The notes beneath the pieces are model-generated. The model was given only the letters and a program-made list of their open reading frames with translations, searched no databases and was not told the DNA's origin. Shown in pieces: positions 40,171 through 49,770 of a DNA stretch of 64,000 bases. This DNA comes from an uncultured Victivallales bacterium (GTDB lineage: Bacteria; Verrucomicrobiota; Kiritimatiellia; UBA8416; JABMPJ01): the NCBI GenBank assembly GCA_964345005.1, contig CAYFPQ010000001.1:38751-102750 (forward strand). The letters are read 5' to 3'. A program made the position numbers and the translations under genes. Every line of letters starts with the position of its first letter. Position 1 is the first letter of the stretch.

Positions 40171-41372
40171 ACTTCATCCACGACTGTTTGTAGCCACTCT
40201 GTGCCTGTAAGTCGAGCCGGTCCGGATAGCCCCTTAATTGCATCCAAGTATGGGGCGGTGGTGTCGATCGCGTCCAGGAACGCATCCCGCCTGGTTTCAT
40301 CGCCGGCATGAATCGAAGCGGCGTCGACCTGTACCTTCAGGGCGGGCCACTGGGCAACGAACTGCTCATGCAGTGCGAACGGAGTCGCGGGAAGGTCGCC
40401 GTCGTGTTCGGACCGGGCTCGGTCGAGCGACTCGGTCAGACGGAGTGCGAGGCGGTCGAGTTGCTTGATCCGTTCCTCGATCAGTTCGTCCAGTCTCAAC
40501 AGGGCACCGGCATGGCAGTGCGCGGCAGAACCGGCGGTCATGAAACGCGCCCTGACATGCCGGTACCATTCGCGAAGCGCGTGCAGGTTGCCGAGATAGA
40601 TCCAGTTGTTGCGCAGTACGCGCGAGATGTTGCCGTAGGTCCCGGGCTGGTAGGGCCGGGGACGCGCCTTCGGCGCCGTCGAGCCGGTGAAAAGCAGTCC
40701 GGGATCGAGCACATCACGCCGATGTATCGTGCCGGCGGCGAGCACAGTACCGTAGGCGATTCGCACCGGACCGACGATGCCGCCCTGTCCGCCGAGGAAG
40801 ATGGGAGGCTGGTCCAGCATTACACCTTGCGGGACGTCCCCCATCAGTGAGGGAGTGGCCTTGTCGCGATGTGGGGTGTAGTTGAAATGAATGTATGAAG
40901 ACCCGACTTCACTATGATCGGAGCGGCTGGTTCCTCCGGCCATCAGGCAGTCGCAGAAGTTGATCAGGCTGCCGAGAACAACGTGGGGCATCAGGATGGT
41001 CTGCTTGAGACCGACGCTGTGTGCGCACGAGGAGCCCTCCTCCAGCAGGCATCCGTGCCGGATGTGCGCTCCGGGTCCAACCTCGACGCCGTCAAGGAAT
41101 GTACAGCGCGAGAAGGTGCCGCTCCCAAGTCTAACACCCGCCCCGAGCTGGCAGTTGTCGAGAACGACCGGACCGTCGAGCCCAACGATGCTGCCGGGTC
41201 CGATGGCGAGATCGGCGCCGCTGAGTCGGGTGCCGGGGTGGAGAACGCTGCCGGCGGCGATGCGCCCCGAATCCACGTCCTCCGCCACATACACCAGGTC
41301 CGGCGCCGGAATGATAACGCCGGAGTTCTTGAGGGATGTAACCGGCTCGCTCATAGGCCAATCCTGGGACAA
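40125..41372 (-). CDS. hexapeptide-repeat (left-handed beta-helix) protein with uncharacterised C-terminal helical domain, encoded between glmM and glmS
   Basis: Long run of hexapeptide repeats (…IGPGSIVGLDGPVVLDNCQLGAGVRLGSGTF…). No nucleotidyltransferase domain, so not a complete GlmU. 415 aa. Confidence 0.6.
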   Translation of the reverse strand: MSQDWPMSEPVTSLKNSGVIIPAPDLVYVAEDVDSGRIAAGSVLHPGTRLSGADLAIGPGSIVGLDGPVVLDNCQLGAGVRLGSGTFSRCTFLDGVEVGPGAHIRHGCLLEEGSSCAHSVGLKQTILMPHVVLGSLINFCDCLMAGGTSRSDHSEVGSSYIHFNYTPHRDKATPSLMGDVPQGVMLDQPPIFLGGQGGIVGPVRIAYGTVLAAGTIHRRDVLDPGLLFTGSTAPKARPRPYQPGTYGNISRVLRNNWIYLGNLHALREWYRHVRARFMTAGSAAHCHAGALLRLDELIEERIKQLDRLALRLTESLDRARSEHDGDLPATPFALHEQFVAQWPALKVQVDAASIHAGDETRRDAFLDAIDTTAPYLDAIKGLSGPARLTGTEWLQTVVDEVANGSPGGRALPGPG

Positions 41373-41488
41373 GGAAGAGGATCAATGTGTAAGAGTATGT
41401 GTACGAGTATGGTCTTGGGTATTCCGTACTTATACACGTACTCGTACACGTCAATCCTCCCGGCGCCGTCAGGCGCCACACGCTCCCG

Positions 41489-43333
41489 CTATTCCACTGT
41501 TACGGACTTGGCCAGGTTGCGTGGCTGATCGATCTCACATCCCCGGGCCTTGGCCACGTAGTAGGCGAAGATCTGTTCCGCAATGACGACGGGTATTGGG
41601 GAGACGAACTCCTGGCACCGCGGAATCCGGATGATGTCATCGCAGTATGCGTCGATCTCGTTGTCGCCCTCGGTGGCGATGGCGATAACGGGGGACTTGC
41701 GCGCGCGACACTCCTGCATATTCCCGATGGTCTTCTCCTTGTCCGGCAGATCCGGAACGGGCACGATCACCGGCACGTTCTCGTCGAGCAGGGCGATCGG
41801 GCCGTGCTTCAGCTCAGCCGCGTGATAGCCCTCGGCGTGCATGTACGAGATTTCCTTCAGCTTCAATGCGCCCTCGAGCGCTGCGGGGAACATATAGCCG
41901 CGCCCAATGAAGAACGAATCTTCGGCAGAGGCGTACTTCTCGGCTATGGTTTTGATCTCATTCTCACGCTCCAGCACAGCCGCTGCAATATCGGGTAGGC
42001 GACCCAGCTCGCGCACCATCTCGCGCCCCGCGCTGGCCGACAGGCGGCGCGTTCGACCAAACATGATGGCCATCTCGGCCAGCACTGCTACCTGGCAGGT
42101 GAATGCCTTGGTAGATGCCACACCGATTTCCGGTCCGGCGTGAAGGTACACCCCGCGCCCGGTTTCCCGCGCAATGGTCGATCCCACCACGTTACAGATG
42201 CCGAGAACCACCGCGCCCTTCATGAGAGCCTCACGCACGGCCGCCAGTGTGTCGGCTGTCTCGCCCGACTGGCTGATAGCGACCATGCAGGCGTTCGGTT
42301 CGATGATCGGGTTGCGGTAGCGAAATTCGGCGGCTTGCTGGATGTCGGCCGGAATGCCGGCGAAGTCCTCGAAGTAGTACTTCCCCACCATACCGGCATA
42401 GAAGGAGGTGCCACAGGCGGCAAGTATCATGCGGGGAATGCGCGCCATGTCGAGTGGGGTCATACGAAGTCCGCCGAGACGAACCGTGCCCTCTGCCTCA
42501 TCCAGGCGCCCACGGAGACCGGTGGCAATGGCGGCAGGCTGCTCGTGGATCTCCTTAAGCATGAAATGGTCGTAGCCGCCCTTCTCGATCTCATCGACAT
42601 CCCAGTCGATCAGGGTGGACTCACGAGTGACGGACGAGCTCGACGTGGACGAGATATCTATGTCCCCACCGGCGGCGGTGACGATATCGCCGTCGTTCAG
42701 AAACACAACCTGTTTGGTACGACTGACAATGGCGCTCACGTCGGAAGCGATGATGGTTTCGTCGTCGTGCAGCCCAACGACGATTGGACTCCCGCTGCGT
42801 GCTGCCACGATCATGCCCGGGTGCTTGGTCGATATAACGGCAATGCCATACGTGCCGGTCAGCTTCTTGACGGCGGCGGTGACAGCTGCACGCAGGTCGC
42901 CCTGATAGCACTGTTGAATCAGGTGGGCGATAACCTCCGAGTCGGTTTCACTGTTGAACGTGCATCCGTCCTGAATCAGGTGGGCCTTCAGTTCGGCGTA
43001 GTTCTCGATAATACCGTTGTGAACGACAGCGATCTCCTTGTTCTCACTCCAATGCGGATGGGCATTGGCCTGGGTGGGTGCGCCATGCGTGGCCCAGCGT
43101 GTATGGCCTATCCCCATCGACGTGAACGACTTGGAGTCCGGCAATTCAGCCTGCATGCTGGATTCAAGGTCGGCGATCTTGCCGGAGGTCTTCACTATCG
43201 TAAGATCAGGATCGCCGTCGGCGTAGAGTGCTACCCCGGCAGAGTCATATCCGCGGTATTCCAAGCGTCTCAATCCAGAGACCAAGATGCCCCCCACGTC
43301 GGCTTTTCCTGTGTAACCTACTATTCCGCACAT
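41489..43333 (-). CDS. glmS: glutamine--fructose-6-phosphate aminotransferase
   Basis: 'MCGIVGY' N-terminal nucleophile. SIS-domain motifs. C-terminal '...AKSVTVE'. Start taken at the Met preceding Cys. Confidence 0.9.
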   Translation of the reverse strand: MCGIVGYTGKADVGGILVSGLRRLEYRGYDSAGVALYADGDPDLTIVKTSGKIADLESSMQAELPDSKSFTSMGIGHTRWATHGAPTQANAHPHWSENKEIAVVHNGIIENYAELKAHLIQDGCTFNSETDSEVIAHLIQQCYQGDLRAAVTAAVKKLTGTYGIAVISTKHPGMIVAARSGSPIVVGLHDDETIIASDVSAIVSRTKQVVFLNDGDIVTAAGGDIDISSTSSSSVTRESTLIDWDVDEIEKGGYDHFMLKEIHEQPAAIATGLRGRLDEAEGTVRLGGLRMTPLDMARIPRMILAACGTSFYAGMVGKYYFEDFAGIPADIQQAAEFRYRNPIIEPNACMVAISQSGETADTLAAVREALMKGAVVLGICNVVGSTIARETGRGVYLHAGPEIGVASTKAFTCQVAVLAEMAIMFGRTRRLSASAGREMVRELGRLPDIAAAVLERENEIKTIAEKYASAEDSFFIGRGYMFPAALEGALKLKEISYMHAEGYHAAELKHGPIALLDENVPVIVPVPDLPDKEKTIGNMQECRARKSPVIAIATEGDNEIDAYCDDIIRIPRCQEFVSPIPVVIAEQIFAYYVAKARGCEIDQPRNLAKSVTVE

Positions 43334-43377
43334 ATAGCGACTCCCGTTTCCCATGAAGAGTAGCGACGATTGCTGTC

Positions 43378-44535
43378 TTAGGCAAGATCGACGCAGTCAG
43401 GCTTGGCGGTGTCCGCAGCCAACCACTCGTAGACGCTACGCATCTGCATGGCAACACGATCGGTTGAGTAGCAATCTTCCACCAACTGACGCCCGCGTTG
43501 ACCCATCTCGTGCCGCTCGGCATCGGAGATCGACATGGCGTGGCGCAGGGCCTCGATGAGTGACGACTCACTCAGCTCTGTCCACCAACCCGCTCGCCGA
43601 TCTTCCATGATCTGCCACGGCGCGCCCTTGGTCGTGACGACCGGGGTCCCGTATCCAAGGGCTTCGGCCACAACAATGCCGAAGTTCTCGCTCAGGGTCG
43701 GCAGTACGAACAGGTCCGCATCGCGCAGGAATGCGGCCTTCTCTTGGTCAAAGAGGGGGCCGGGAAACCGCACGGTCTCCTGTACGCCCAGCTCCATCGC
43801 GAGCCGCTTCAGTTCATTCTGGTGCCCGTTTTCGTCTGTGCCGGCGATCTCGATCTGCCAGCTTGGAAAGTCGGTCTGCAGGGCCTGCCAGGCCGTGAGT
43901 AGCATGGGAAGGCCTTTCTTGGGGTGAATGCGCGAAAGGAACGCCATCCGCCGCACGCGTTCGTTCGCATCGGGGAGCACGGCCATATCGGTCGCGGGGG
44001 GGAGATCGATGCCGTTCGGAATGATACAGATCGGCGGGCGTAGCCCCATGGCGCGAAAATTATCGGCTTCGGCATCGGCCGTCGCGTGGAGGCAGGAGGC
44101 GCCCTGCAGGTCGCGCCACTGGAAGACGGCGTTTGCCAACAACTTCTTCCAGCGCGAGAACTGCATCGCCCCCGGCTCCAGCATGCCCCGCGGAGTCAGG
44201 ACAGTGGGAATGCCGCGCTGTCGCCCCGCCCGCATGGCATAGTGGACGGGGTACTGCCACAGCCCGTGACCATGGAAGATGTTTGCTTCCAGCGTTGCCG
44301 ACCGCTGCTTCATCTCGGAGGACAGGCACAATGGTGTCCGAAACAGTTCGTCACTGAAATGAATCCCCACGCCCCTGTCCTGAAGGTGCGTTGTATCAAC
44401 CGGGGCCGGACTCTTGAGGGTCTCGATCGACACCGCTGTGCCGTGCCGTGCCAAGGCTTCGCAAAGGGTCGGCACGCTTCGTGCCGGACCTCCATCGCTG
44501 ATATCCAGGGACCTGATGAAATGGATCGCTCTCAC
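43378..44535 (-). CDS. glycosyltransferase family 4
   Basis: GT-B C-terminal motif '...LSENFGIVVAEALGYGTPVVT' (E-x7-E). 385 aa. Confidence 0.8.
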   Translation of the reverse strand: MRAIHFIRSLDISDGGPARSVPTLCEALARHGTAVSIETLKSPAPVDTTHLQDRGVGIHFSDELFRTPLCLSSEMKQRSATLEANIFHGHGLWQYPVHYAMRAGRQRGIPTVLTPRGMLEPGAMQFSRWKKLLANAVFQWRDLQGASCLHATADAEADNFRAMGLRPPICIIPNGIDLPPATDMAVLPDANERVRRMAFLSRIHPKKGLPMLLTAWQALQTDFPSWQIEIAGTDENGHQNELKRLAMELGVQETVRFPGPLFDQEKAAFLRDADLFVLPTLSENFGIVVAEALGYGTPVVTTKGAPWQIMEDRRAGWWTELSESSLIEALRHAMSISDAERHEMGQRGRQLVEDCYSTDRVAMQMRSVYEWLAADTAKPDCVDLA

Positions 44536-44592
44536 TGCTGCAACTCCCTAAAGGCGTCGCCATCCTACACCATGAACGCCGTTGCACACCAC

Positions 44593-44620
44593 CTTGAACC
44601 TTGAACCGTGAACCCCGAAC
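44593..44620. repeat. heptanucleotide tandem array (CTTGAAC CTTGAAC CGTGAAC CCCGAAC) in the divergent promoter between two GT4 genes
   Basis: Four 7-nt units by direct reading. A further 'CATGAAC' lies 20 nt upstream. Confidence 0.75.
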
Positions 44621-44635
44621 CTGCATAGTCATTTC

Positions 44636-45841
44636 ATGCGTGTGGCAGCGATATTCTTGCGGTTTGGCCCGTATCATATTGCGCGCTTGGAAGCGGCGGG
44701 GCGGCAGCTTGCCGCGGCGGGCCATGAGTTGGTTGGTATCGAGTCGGCCTCGGTGGGCCGGGTGTATGCGTGGGACAGTGTTTCCGGGGGGCAGCACTTC
44801 AAGAAGGTCACTCTGTTCAAGGGGGCGGTTTACGAGGACATTCCGAAGCAAGACGTGTGTGACGCGGTCAGAAAGGTACTCACCGAGACCGGTCCGGATG
44901 TCATCGCGTTGCTCGGTTGGAGTTTTCGTGAACCGGTGACGGCGTTGCAGTGGGCGCTACGCCACGACGTGCCGACGATCATGATGAGCGAGAGTTCTCG
45001 CAGCGATTTCCCTCGGCGGTGGTGGTTGGAGCGGATCAAGAAGGCCGCGGTCGGATGCTGTAATGCAGGCTTGGTTGGCGGCAGTCGTCATGCTGATTAT
45101 CTCGTCGAGCTTGGCATGTCGCGCGACCGGATCTTCCTTGGCTACGACGCGATCGACAACGATTACTTCCGCACGCGTGCAGATGCCGTGCGTGAACAGG
45201 AGCGCAGCCTTCGCAAGCGTTACGAGCTGCCATCGCGCTTTTTTCTCGGTTCAAGTCGCTTCATTCCGAAGAAAAACCTGGCCCGCCTGCTCACAGCATA
45301 TGCTTCCTACCGGCGGAATGTAGGTGAGGGGGCATGGGATCTCGTTTTGTGTGGGGATGGCCCGCTACGCGGTGAGCTGGAAACCATGGTCGACCAGCTG
45401 GACGTTCGTGCTTCGGTCCATTTTCCCGGGTTCGTGCAGTATGACGATCTACCGGTCTATTACGGGCTTGCTTCCGCATTCGTGCACGTGAGTACGGTTG
45501 AGCAGTGGGGGCTGGTCGTGAACGAGGCGGCATCTGCCGGTCTGCCTCTTCTCGTGTCGAACCGGTGTGGCTGTGTACCGGAACTGGTGATCGAGGGCCG
45601 CAACGGGTGGATACTGGATCCCTTGGATGAAGACGGGATGGCGACCGCTATGAAGGCCCTGAGTGACGATCCCGGCACTGCGATCCGGATGGGACAGGAA
45701 TCGCAGGAGGTCGTGGCGGCGTTTTCTCCTCAACGCTTTGCTGACGGCATGGCGTCGGCTGTGTCGTGTGCGCAGGAAATGCCGGCTGCTGCCCGGACGG
45801 GCGTGAACAGGCTCCTGGTGAACTTGATGGCGCTTCGCTAG
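44636..45841 (+). CDS. glycosyltransferase family 4
   Basis: '...VSTVEQWGLVVNEAASAGLPLLVS' GT4 EX7E region. 401 aa. Confidence 0.8.
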   Translation: MRVAAIFLRFGPYHIARLEAAGRQLAAAGHELVGIESASVGRVYAWDSVSGGQHFKKVTLFKGAVYEDIPKQDVCDAVRKVLTETGPDVIALLGWSFREPVTALQWALRHDVPTIMMSESSRSDFPRRWWLERIKKAAVGCCNAGLVGGSRHADYLVELGMSRDRIFLGYDAIDNDYFRTRADAVREQERSLRKRYELPSRFFLGSSRFIPKKNLARLLTAYASYRRNVGEGAWDLVLCGDGPLRGELETMVDQLDVRASVHFPGFVQYDDLPVYYGLASAFVHVSTVEQWGLVVNEAASAGLPLLVSNRCGCVPELVIEGRNGWILDPLDEDGMATAMKALSDDPGTAIRMGQESQEVVAAFSPQRFADGMASAVSCAQEMPAAARTGVNRLLVNLMALR

Positions 45842-45848
45842 TGTCCTG

Positions 45849-46424
45849 CTATGACGCCGTGCCGATATCCATCGGATCGCGATCCTTGATCGGTCGGGCC
45901 GGATTGCCGGCTACAACGGTCCACGGTTCCACGTTCCGGGTGACGACGGCCCTTGCCCCGACCACGGCGCCGTCACCGACCTCGATATTCGGGCCCACAA
46001 AAGCGTCGGCGGCAATCCAAGCGTGTTTTCCGACTCGGATAGTGCCTCGCCTGAGCGGGAAAGCGGGGTCTGTGTAGTCATGCGTGCCGGCACACAGGTG
46101 CGCGCCTTGGGAGACGACCGTATCATCGCCGATCGATATCTCGCCCAGGTTGTAGATCTTCACGTCTTCGCCAAGAAGACAGCGGTCACCCAAAGCAAGT
46201 TGCCAGGGCATCTCGATCCAGGTGGACGCCCGCAGGGCCGTGCCGCGGCCCACGCGGGCACCAAAGACACGCAAAATGACGGACCGCACCCCGATCAGCC
46301 GCCAATGTGCCAGCCGCCAGACGGTAAACCAGACTAAACGCCAAACGGCACGTCGCAGATACGTGACGGGCGAATAGGGCCAGCGCTCGCGTTGAACCGG
46401 TTTCGGGCCGTTTTCTGAGCTCAT
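45849..46424 (-). CDS. hexapeptide-repeat acetyltransferase (WcaF/CysE-like sugar O-acetyltransferase)
   Basis: 'IGDDTVVSQGAHLCAGTHDY...VGKHAWIAADAFVGPNIEVGDGAVVGARAVV'. 191 aa. Confidence 0.7.
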   Translation of the reverse strand: MSSENGPKPVQRERWPYSPVTYLRRAVWRLVWFTVWRLAHWRLIGVRSVILRVFGARVGRGTALRASTWIEMPWQLALGDRCLLGEDVKIYNLGEISIGDDTVVSQGAHLCAGTHDYTDPAFPLRRGTIRVGKHAWIAADAFVGPNIEVGDGAVVGARAVVTRNVEPWTVVAGNPARPIKDRDPMDIGTAS

Positions 46425-46434
46425 GGTCTCCTTC

Positions 46435-48042
46435 TCAAGGGTTTCTCTCGGCTACATCGTGGGTTGCCCGGCCACGATACCCGCGCCAGGAGGTTTTAGC
46501 GTTAACCAGTGTCCGCCGCAGATCCTCGCGGTCCGTCCGCGTTAACGAAACAAACCAGATACCGGGCAAGTAGGCAAGGCCGCAAAGGAAGAACTGCGCC
46601 ACGATCTGAAGCAGGCTTGCGGGGGTCCAGACTTGGCGGAGCAGGAGACAGGCCGCGACCAACGGGACGGCTCCCAACAAGGCTCTTCCGGCGCCGCGTA
46701 GGAAGACACTACACCCCAGGGAGAAATGCTTGCAGAGCAGGTAGGGCAGGCAGATCACTTCGAGTAGAAACAGCGAGACCAAGCTACCGGTAGCGATGCC
46801 AAGGAGTCCCATCTTCGCCACTTTTACCAATGTGATGCTGAGGACGACGTTGAGTATGCCTCCCAGAAGCGTTGCGAAGACAGCACCCCGAATTCGCTGG
46901 TAGGCATAAAGGGCTTCCTTCGATACGATGCCTGCCCCGCTCAACAGCAAGGCGCACATAATGGTCCGCATTACCGGCACGCTTTCCATGGCGAAGGATG
47001 ACCTCAGCCACAGGCGAAGGAACGCCTCAGCCTCGATGAAGAGCAGAAGGCAGGGACAGGCCAGTACGATATAACAGTAACGCGTTGCGCGTGTGACCAT
47101 CGTGCGAACCTGATCGAACTGGTGAACGGCTATCTTGGCAATCATGGCTGGACCCAGAATCAGGACGAAAGAGGATGCAAACATGCTGATCTGCAGATAC
47201 CATCGCTGGGCCACGTTGTAGTTCACAACCTGCTGAATTCCTCCCAATTCCTCCAAGTTTGATATCATGATCGAGTCAGTCGCGAAGTAGAGCAGTATAC
47301 CCAGGCTTCCCACAACGGTTAGACCCCCAAAATTGACCAGTTCCCGCATCTCCCTACGGAACCCGGGGGCAAAAAGCCGAATCTTGAGTTGTGAGAGCCC
47401 ACGATATCCGAAAGGGATAACGATCGTCCACAGGCAGATCAATCGCGCAGTGACGGAAAGCCCTACCCATATGACAATGGAAGATCGCCAGAACAGAAAC
47501 AGGGGAATAACAATAACAGCGGGAAGGATCACGCTCATCATGTTGGAGATAGCGTCCAGGTAGAGGCGCTGAGTCATATAGACCGGTGAGCGAAACACGC
47601 AACTGACTATCTGGAAGGCTGCACCTACGCCGAAGATGGCGAATACTCGCCGGGCGGGTGCGACAAGCTCTGCTTCCAGGCCAAAAAGTGAGTGGGCGAA
47701 CATGGAAATCAGTATTGCTGCTCCAGCGATCATGAGGCCCACGAGAATGGAAAGTGCCAATCCGGCCGACAGGACTGCATTCATGCGGTCATACTCGCCG
47801 CGGGCGTAATGGCGTGCTGCAATCCGGTCGTATGACATCCCAACCGCCACGGCAAGGATCGTAACAAACTCAAGTGACTGATGCGCAACCGCCTGCAGCG
47901 CGTAGGCTGGCTTGCCGATGTGACGGAGCAGGAAAGGCAGCAGCAAGAAGCCGACCACCATCGTGATCGACATCGCGACGTAACGACTAATCGTGTGGAA
48001 TGCGACGCGTTGGTCGGGGGGGTTCTGATCGGGAATCTCCAT
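46435..48042 (-). CDS. polysaccharide flippase (Wzx-like, MOP superfamily)
   Basis: Multi-pass membrane protein, ~12-14 TM. Start set at 'MEIPDQ' (ATG 48042); the track ORF extends 37 aa further. Confidence 0.65.
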   Translation of the reverse strand: MEIPDQNPPDQRVAFHTISRYVAMSITMVVGFLLLPFLLRHIGKPAYALQAVAHQSLEFVTILAVAVGMSYDRIAARHYARGEYDRMNAVLSAGLALSILVGLMIAGAAILISMFAHSLFGLEAELVAPARRVFAIFGVGAAFQIVSCVFRSPVYMTQRLYLDAISNMMSVILPAVIVIPLFLFWRSSIVIWVGLSVTARLICLWTIVIPFGYRGLSQLKIRLFAPGFRREMRELVNFGGLTVVGSLGILLYFATDSIMISNLEELGGIQQVVNYNVAQRWYLQISMFASSFVLILGPAMIAKIAVHQFDQVRTMVTRATRYCYIVLACPCLLLFIEAEAFLRLWLRSSFAMESVPVMRTIMCALLLSGAGIVSKEALYAYQRIRGAVFATLLGGILNVVLSITLVKVAKMGLLGIATGSLVSLFLLEVICLPYLLCKHFSLGCSVFLRGAGRALLGAVPLVAACLLLRQVWTPASLLQIVAQFFLCGLAYLPGIWFVSLTRTDREDLRRTLVNAKTSWRGYRGRATHDVAERNP

Positions 48043-48215
48043 ATCGGGTGTCCCTGGCAAGCGTGCTCCTTCAGGCATGAGTGGATATTGACATGCCCTG
48101 GATTGAGACTGCCCGAGTTTACATTGACGCGCAACAGCTTTCTTCAGCATCATAGTCGGGCGTGTGAAGGCATGCGCGGGGTAGAGGCAACAACAAGAAA
48201 ACAGAAGGGAATGTT

Positions 48216-49034
48216 GTGCGTATACTTACTGGCCGCCCCCTCAGGTTTTCACTATTGGTGTTCTTAATCGCATTTCTGTGCACGCTGACGGGCTGCGACG
48301 ACAGTTCGTCCTCCCCCTCCTCCTCGGCGCCGGCGAATGTCTCCTCAACATTTACCGGGCAAGCCGTGTCTTGTACCCCGGTGCTTGATCCACCAACAGG
48401 CCAGCACGGTCACGAGCTGACTGTGAACGGGGACGTCGTGCGCTTCCTCCTCTTCATCCCGAGGCAATACGCGGAGCAAGATGCATGGCCGCTTATCCTG
48501 TTCCTGCACGGATCCGGCGAGCGGGGAACCAACGTTGACAGTATCAAGAAGCATGGGACACCGAGGTATGTGGACAGTAACCCGAGTTTCCCCTTCATCG
48601 TGGTGTCCCCACAATTGCCGACATCGCTCAGCCGTTGGGAGACCTCTGCATTGGCTGACCTGCTGGATGAGGTGGTCTGTCGCTATGCGGTTGACGTCAA
48701 CCGCATTTACGTTACAGGGCTGAGCATGGGAGGGATTGGCACTTGGGCAATGGCCATCAGCTACCCGGACAAGATTGCGGCGATCGCACCGGTGAGTGGC
48801 TGGGGCTTCCCGGACGAGGCCGCAACCATCCGCCATATTCCCGCATGGGTTTTTCATGGTAGCGATGACACGGCGGTTCCCTTACGGCGTGCCCAGGAGA
48901 TGGTGGACGCTTTGCGGGCAGTGGGAGGCAACGTGACGTTTACGGTCTACCCGGGCCTGGACCATTCCGACACATGGCCGCCAACCTACGAAGCATCAGC
49001 TCTGTATGACTGGTTCCTGGGCTGGTCGCTCTGA
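48216..49034 (+). CDS. alpha/beta-hydrolase fold esterase lipoprotein (carbohydrate-esterase/PHB-depolymerase-like)
   Basis: Lipobox 'LTGC'. 'LFLHGSGE' and nucleophile elbow 'GLSMGG'. Confidence 0.7.
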   Translation: MRILTGRPLRFSLLVFLIAFLCTLTGCDDSSSSPSSSAPANVSSTFTGQAVSCTPVLDPPTGQHGHELTVNGDVVRFLLFIPRQYAEQDAWPLILFLHGSGERGTNVDSIKKHGTPRYVDSNPSFPFIVVSPQLPTSLSRWETSALADLLDEVVCRYAVDVNRIYVTGLSMGGIGTWAMAISYPDKIAAIAPVSGWGFPDEAATIRHIPAWVFHGSDDTAVPLRRAQEMVDALRAVGGNVTFTVYPGLDHSDTWPPTYEASALYDWFLGWSL

Positions 49035-49043
49035 GGGTGATGC

Positions 49044-49679
49044 GTGAAAGCCTCTGAATATACCGACGTGGTGTGGGATTGGAACGGCACGCTGCTCGAC
49101 GACGCCTGGCTTTGCCGCGATATCATGAACGAGCAGCTCGTGTCACGGGGGCTTCCCGCGCTCAGTATGGAGCGCTACGGCGCCATCTTCGGTTTCCCTG
49201 TTAAGACCTACTATGAGCGGGCCGGGTTCGACTTCTCGGCTGAACCATTCGAGAAACCGGCCCGCGAGTTCATCGCTGTCTACGAGGCGCGCCGCCACGA
49301 GGCGGGCCTTCGCGACGGAGCAGTCGAGATGTTGAAACGGTTGCGGGAAGCGGGGATTCGGCAGCACCTGCTTTCGGCCTATTCGCATGACTCCCTCAGC
49401 ACGATCGTGGCGGCTCATGGACTGACCAGTTTCTTCACGACGCTTGCCGGCATCCCGGATGTGTTTGCGGCCAGCAAGCTTCAGAGAGGCCTTGAACTGG
49501 CGGCCGCCATTGCGGGACCGAATCACCGTGCGCTGTTGATCGGCGACACGGACCATGACCGCGAGGTCGCCGCGGAAATGGGTATCGACTGTGTCTTGAT
49601 TCCTGCCGGACATCAATCACTCGAACGGCTGCAGGCTTGCGGTGTTCCCGTTCTTAACTCGCTGGAGGATCTGTTCTGA
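49044..49679 (+). CDS. HAD-family hydrolase (phosphoglycolate-phosphatase-like)
   Basis: Motif I 'VVWDWNGTLLDD'. Motif IV 'GDTDHD'. 211 aa. Confidence 0.75.
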   Translation: MKASEYTDVVWDWNGTLLDDAWLCRDIMNEQLVSRGLPALSMERYGAIFGFPVKTYYERAGFDFSAEPFEKPAREFIAVYEARRHEAGLRDGAVEMLKRLREAGIRQHLLSAYSHDSLSTIVAAHGLTSFFTTLAGIPDVFAASKLQRGLELAAAIAGPNHRALLIGDTDHDREVAAEMGIDCVLIPAGHQSLERLQACGVPVLNSLEDLF

Positions 49680-49699
49680 AACCGCTTGTCTACAGCCCA

Positions 49700-49770
49700 A
49701 TATTGTGACATTGTGCAAGATACTTGACGATTACAGTCTCTCTGGGTACATTTTGTGACATCATTTGGTC
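49700..49770 (+). promoter_or_regulatory. AT-rich promoter-like region with direct repeats of TTGTGACAT (x2, plus a third partial TATTGTGAAG) upstream of Fic-2
   Basis: 'aatattgtgacattgtgcaag ... acattttgtgacatcatttgg'. GC content falls sharply here. Confidence 0.35.

Noticed and set aside
43334-43377. glmS ribozyme upstream of glmS
   Set aside because: Only ~44 nt separate glmS from the upstream GT4 gene, far too short for the ~170-nt ribozyme core. No conserved ribozyme motifs are visible.
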